In this document: in pieces, positions 61,000 to 64,000 of the stretch | Position numbering within the stretch: the first letter of the stretch is position 1 | Layout of the letters: the number at the start of each line of letters is the position of its first letter | NCBI GenBank assembly: GCA_028818695.1 | Contig: JAPPNK010000029.1 | Location: 7,254-71,253, forward strand | Reading direction: 5' to 3' | DNA: 64,000 bases | DNA from: Candidatus Poribacteria bacterium | Lineage (GTDB): Bacteria > Poribacteria > WGA-4E > GCA-2687025 | Notes under the pieces: model-generated | Databases searched by the model: none | What the model saw: only the letters and a program-made list of their open reading frames with translations | Told to the model about the DNA's origin: nothing | Program-made: the position numbers and the translations under genes

Positions 61000-61791
61000 A
61001 TGAAACGCCGAAAACGACGCTTCTCCATCAGTTATGTCCTGATCCCTGTCTGCCTCATCATCACAGGGGCTTATCTGATCATGATCGGCCCTGAGCTCTG
61101 GAAAGACAACCCGACGCATATCGACCATGCGACGCAGCAGTTCAACTTAAAAATGAAAGCGGCGACCACAACCGCCGCCCAAGCCGAAGATACCGGAAAC
61201 TTCGAACTGGCGTTCAGCGCCTACAGGGAAGCGATAGGGATTCGCCCCAAGAACTCCCAAGCGCACAACGACTTCGGCGCAGTCCTGATGAAAGCAGCAG
61301 AAGCGCAATTGGAGCCGATGGAGGCGCCGATAGATCTGGCGGGATACGCCATCGAATTCGATCACAATCCGCTCATCACGTTCGACTTTATCAAAACAAC
61401 CCTGCGGTCGATACCGAGCGCGAAATCGGGCCAGTTCCAATTCGAAGTGCGCAAAGATGTTCGCAACCTGATCCATGACCATATGGAGATTTGGAACAAA
61501 AACGGCAAACGGGCGACCATGTCGAGCCATCCGCTCCGCACAGAGGACGACGGCACGACGATCTACTCCGTTTACCTGATTTACGGAAAGGCCGCAAGTT
61601 ACATCGAATCGGCGGAGAAACGCTTCCGCCGCGCGATTGAACTGACGCCTGAATACGCGGTCGCCTACCGCAACTTGGGCGCGGTGTTCATGCTGCTGCA
61701 GCAGCCTGCCGATTCAAAGAGAGTCCTGCAGCAGGCTTTGCGCTTCAATCCGAAAGACCGGGATTTGCAGCGGTATCTCAACAGGCTATAG
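61000..61791 (+). CDS. Membrane-anchored TPR-like protein
   Basis: An N-terminal TM helix (ISYVLIPVCLIITGAYLIMIG) and TPR-like segments (AFSAYREAIGIRPKNSQAHNDFG; AVAYRNLGAVFMLLQQPADSKRVLQQALRFNP). Confidence 0.65.
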   Translation: MKRRKRRFSISYVLIPVCLIITGAYLIMIGPELWKDNPTHIDHATQQFNLKMKAATTTAAQAEDTGNFELAFSAYREAIGIRPKNSQAHNDFGAVLMKAAEAQLEPMEAPIDLAGYAIEFDHNPLITFDFIKTTLRSIPSAKSGQFQFEVRKDVRNLIHDHMEIWNKNGKRATMSSHPLRTEDDGTTIYSVYLIYGKAASYIESAEKRFRRAIELTPEYAVAYRNLGAVFMLLQQPADSKRVLQQALRFNPKDRDLQRYLNRL

Positions 61792-61795
61792 CCCG

Positions 61796-62758
61796 TTGAA
61801 CATCAACCTGCTGTTCGGCGACCCTTGGCGAAGAAGGGGTTTGCGGGAGCTCTTCATAGACGCCTTCCGCCTTTACGGCGCGACTCTTCGGCAGACGGCT
61901 CCTGCCGCGCTCCTTTTTTTGCTCATTGGAGCTGCCTTAGGAGGCTTGACCGCTTACGCCTTGTGGGTCTGGGTTCCATTGCCGTTCGGAGCGGAACATG
62001 CGGCGGCAGGCTCGGCCGCCGCATTGACATGCGTTCTTTGCCTTAGCCCGTTCGGATCGGCGATGACGGCGCGCATCGCCGCATGCGCATGGACGCAAAC
62101 GCGCCCGCCGATCGGCATACGGCGCCTTCGTCTGACGGGGGCTGCCGCTTTTTTGGCGTTCCCGTCGATGATACTGGTTTACGCCTTCCCTTACGGCGCG
62201 CTCGCCCTTGTCTTCTCCTTTTGGTGGATGTTTTCCCCCCATGCCGCGCTCATTGAGGGAGACGGGGGGCGCGCCGCCCTTCGACGAAGCCGTATGCTGT
62301 CTCTCGGAGAATTCAACTCGGCTGCGCTGCCAGGAGCCGTCTCGCTCTCCGCTGCGCTTGTCGCGCTCATGATGATTCAGGCAATGCGCCCCGCTGCGCC
62401 TCCGCGGGGCTTCAACGAACTGGAGAGCGGCGACTACATTTATAGGCTTCAAGAGGGGGAACGGTACGACCCGAAGGGGAACTACTTGATTCAAGGCGAG
62501 CGTCAGACGCCGTATCCAAGCGAGACGGAGTACGACCCCGATATGAACGCGATTCGTCTGCCGGCGCCTGAACCGACGGGACCGGCGGCTGCGCTGTTAT
62601 GGGCGGGGCTTCCGACGGCGGCGGCGGCGCTTCTTGAGCCTGTTCGTTGGTGGGCGCAGTGTCTGCTTTATTATCAGTTCCGTTTGCGGAATGAAGGAAT
62701 CAGCCCAGAGCAGATCGCAAGAGAAATGGAAGAAGAAGCGGACGAGATCGACCTATGA
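61796..62758 (+). CDS. Hypothetical multi-pass membrane protein
   Basis: TTG start. Several hydrophobic helices and an acidic C-terminus. No motif recognised. The stop overlaps the next gene's ATG. Confidence 0.55.
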   Translation: MNINLLFGDPWRRRGLRELFIDAFRLYGATLRQTAPAALLFLLIGAALGGLTAYALWVWVPLPFGAEHAAAGSAAALTCVLCLSPFGSAMTARIAACAWTQTRPPIGIRRLRLTGAAAFLAFPSMILVYAFPYGALALVFSFWWMFSPHAALIEGDGGRAALRRSRMLSLGEFNSAALPGAVSLSAALVALMMIQAMRPAAPPRGFNELESGDYIYRLQEGERYDPKGNYLIQGERQTPYPSETEYDPDMNAIRLPAPEPTGPAAALLWAGLPTAAAALLEPVRWWAQCLLYYQFRLRNEGISPEQIAREMEEEADEIDL

Positions 62759-63693
62759 CGCGAACAGGCTTCCTATACAGCCCTGAATTCAAGAACCATG
62801 ACACCGGAAACGCGCACCCCGAGCGGCGGCAGCGCATGAGCGCGGCGGAGCGCGCCCTCGCCGACGCTGGACTGCTTCAGCGTCTGATTCAGATTGAGCC
62901 GGCGCTGGCGCATGAGTCGGATCTGCTGCGCATCCATTCAGAAGAGATGGTCAAGCGCGCCAAAGCCGCTTCAGAAGCGGGCGGCGGACATTTGGACATG
63001 GACACGGTTGCGTCCGAAGGCACCTATGCGACGGCGCTTTTGGCAGTCGGGGCGGCGATGCGCGCCGTGGAGGCTGTCGGCGAAGGAGCGGCGGAGAACG
63101 TCTTTGTCTGCGTCCGTCCGCCAGGACATCACGCGACGCCTATCCGAAGCATGGGCTTCTGCATCTTCAACTCGATTGCCGCCGCCGCAAAGCATGCGCA
63201 GATGAATTGCGGATTTGAGCGCGTCCTCGTCGTCGACTGGGATGTCCATCACGGAAACGGGACGCAGGATATTTTTTATGACGACCCGTCCGTTTTCTTT
63301 TTTTCAATCCATCAGCATCCGCTTTATCCTGGAACAGGAATGTCTAGCGAGCGCGGAAGAGGCGCCGGCGACGGAGCCACGCTCAACATTCCCGTTCCCC
63401 CCGGCAGCGGGGACGACGAATATATCCGCGCGTTTGAAGAGCGTTTGCTGCCCGCCGCCGAAGAGTTTAAACCGAATCTCGTTCTGATCTCCGCCGGCTT
63501 TGACGCCCACGAGCTGGACCCGCTCGGAAGCGTCAACATCACAACAGGCGGCTTTGGAAGGCTTACGGACATCGCGCGCGGGATCGCCGAGGAGCATTGC
63601 GGCGGTCGGCTTGTCTCTGCGCTGGAAGGCGGGTATAACCTGAAGGGCCTCGGCGACTCCATCGTCCGCCATCTTGAAAGGCTTTCAGCGTAA
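62755..63693 (+). CDS. Histone deacetylase-family (AcuC/HDAC-like) deacetylase
   Basis: RPPGHHA, the DWDVHHGNGTQ zinc/active-site motifs, and SAGFDAH. Confidence 0.85.
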   Translation: MTRTGFLYSPEFKNHDTGNAHPERRQRMSAAERALADAGLLQRLIQIEPALAHESDLLRIHSEEMVKRAKAASEAGGGHLDMDTVASEGTYATALLAVGAAMRAVEAVGEGAAENVFVCVRPPGHHATPIRSMGFCIFNSIAAAAKHAQMNCGFERVLVVDWDVHHGNGTQDIFYDDPSVFFFSIHQHPLYPGTGMSSERGRGAGDGATLNIPVPPGSGDDEYIRAFEERLLPAAEEFKPNLVLISAGFDAHELDPLGSVNITTGGFGRLTDIARGIAEEHCGGRLVSALEGGYNLKGLGDSIVRHLERLSA

Positions 63694-63697
63694 AGCG

Positions 63698-64000
63698 ATG
63701 AAATCGGACGCGGCAGGAACCATCTTAGAAAAGCGGCGGCCCGCGCCGAACCATGTTTGGATGCGCATCGCGGACGTCTGGGGAAGGGAGGCGGCGGAGC
63801 CAGGGCAGTTTCTTCATCTGCTCTTGCCCGATCAGACAGGGCTGCTTCTTCGCCGCCCTTACACGATCTACAGACGCCGTCCAGGGGAGGTCGAAATTCT
63901 GTTTCAGATTGTCGGCAGCGGAAGCGGCGCGTTAGCCGAGCTTCCCGTCGGCGGAAAGGCGAAGTTGATCGGTCCCCTTGGAAACGGCTTTAGCCTTCCA
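63698..64000 (+). CDS. FAD-binding oxidoreductase, PyrK-like (dihydroorotate dehydrogenase electron-transfer subunit-like), 3' partial
   Basis: Hand-translated, because the ORF runs off the window and is absent from the track. Translation: MKSDAAGTILEKRRPAPNHVWMRIADVWGREAAEPGQFLHLLLPDQTGLLLRRPYTIYRRRPGEVEILFQIVGSGSGALAELPVGGKAKLIGPLGNGFSLP. The RRPYTI (RxYS-like FAD motif) and GPLGNGF segments fit the PyrK / ferredoxin-reductase family. Confidence 0.6.
   Translation, partial: MKSDAAGTILEKRRPAPNHVWMRIADVWGREAAEPGQFLHLLLPDQTGLLLRRPYTIYRRRPGEVEILFQIVGSGSGALAELPVGGKAKLIGPLGNGFSLP

Overview
A 64-kb, high-GC (by eye above 60% G+C, not computed) bacterial chromosomal segment that is densely coding. 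I support about 55 CDS and one tRNA-His. I saw no rRNA, CRISPR array, transposase or integrase.

The backbone mixes three groups of genes:
- Housekeeping genes: era, argD, an HtrA-like protease, rarA, nagA and an HDAC-family deacetylase.
- Sugar and organic-acid metabolism: a PmoA/DUF6807-family protein, a xylose-isomerase-like TIM barrel, a Gfo/Idh/MocA oxidoreductase, PhyH, a ManD-like enolase, an acyl-CoA synthetase and a DASS transporter.
- A large secreted-protein complement: a giant adhesin-like protein over 2080 aa, an S8 peptidase with FG-GAP repeats, and a 14-blade WD40 protein. All three carry the same T9SS/FlgD-Ig-like C-terminal tail, and a PorV/PorQ-like barrel gene follows the giant gene.

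This gene content suggests an FCB-group or candidate-phylum organism, but I cannot assign a lineage from the sequence alone.

Several short, visibly AT-richer islets interrupt the backbone and hold the most unusual content:
1. 46.3-49.7 kb: a sigma-54 activator with no sensor domain, followed by three helically phased TCGAC-N6-GTCGA dyads and a GG-N10-GC promoter, driving two orphan membrane-anchored proteins. This is my best candidate for an undescribed system.
2. 34.0-35.7 kb: a two-gene XRE-HTH/ImmA-IrrE metallopeptidase plus DUF4411 (PIN-like) cassette, resembling a toxin-antitoxin or defence module.
3. 7.3-8.35 kb: a decayed paralog remnant next to a frame-split gene.
4. 10.3 and 12.5 kb: two direct copies of a hairpin-bearing, MITE/REP-like element of about 130 bp, bracketing PhyH and an AT-rich lipoprotein barrel gene.

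Other oddities:
- An SBP-permease fusion ABC transporter paired with a MalG-like permease that carries an insertion of about 300 aa.
- A UbiA / CDP-alcohol phosphatidyltransferase / STT3-like cluster.
- A metzincin plus His-rich partner operon.
- Recent tandem repeats inside the WD40 gene.

All functional calls come from motif recognition by eye in the supplied translations. No database search was run.
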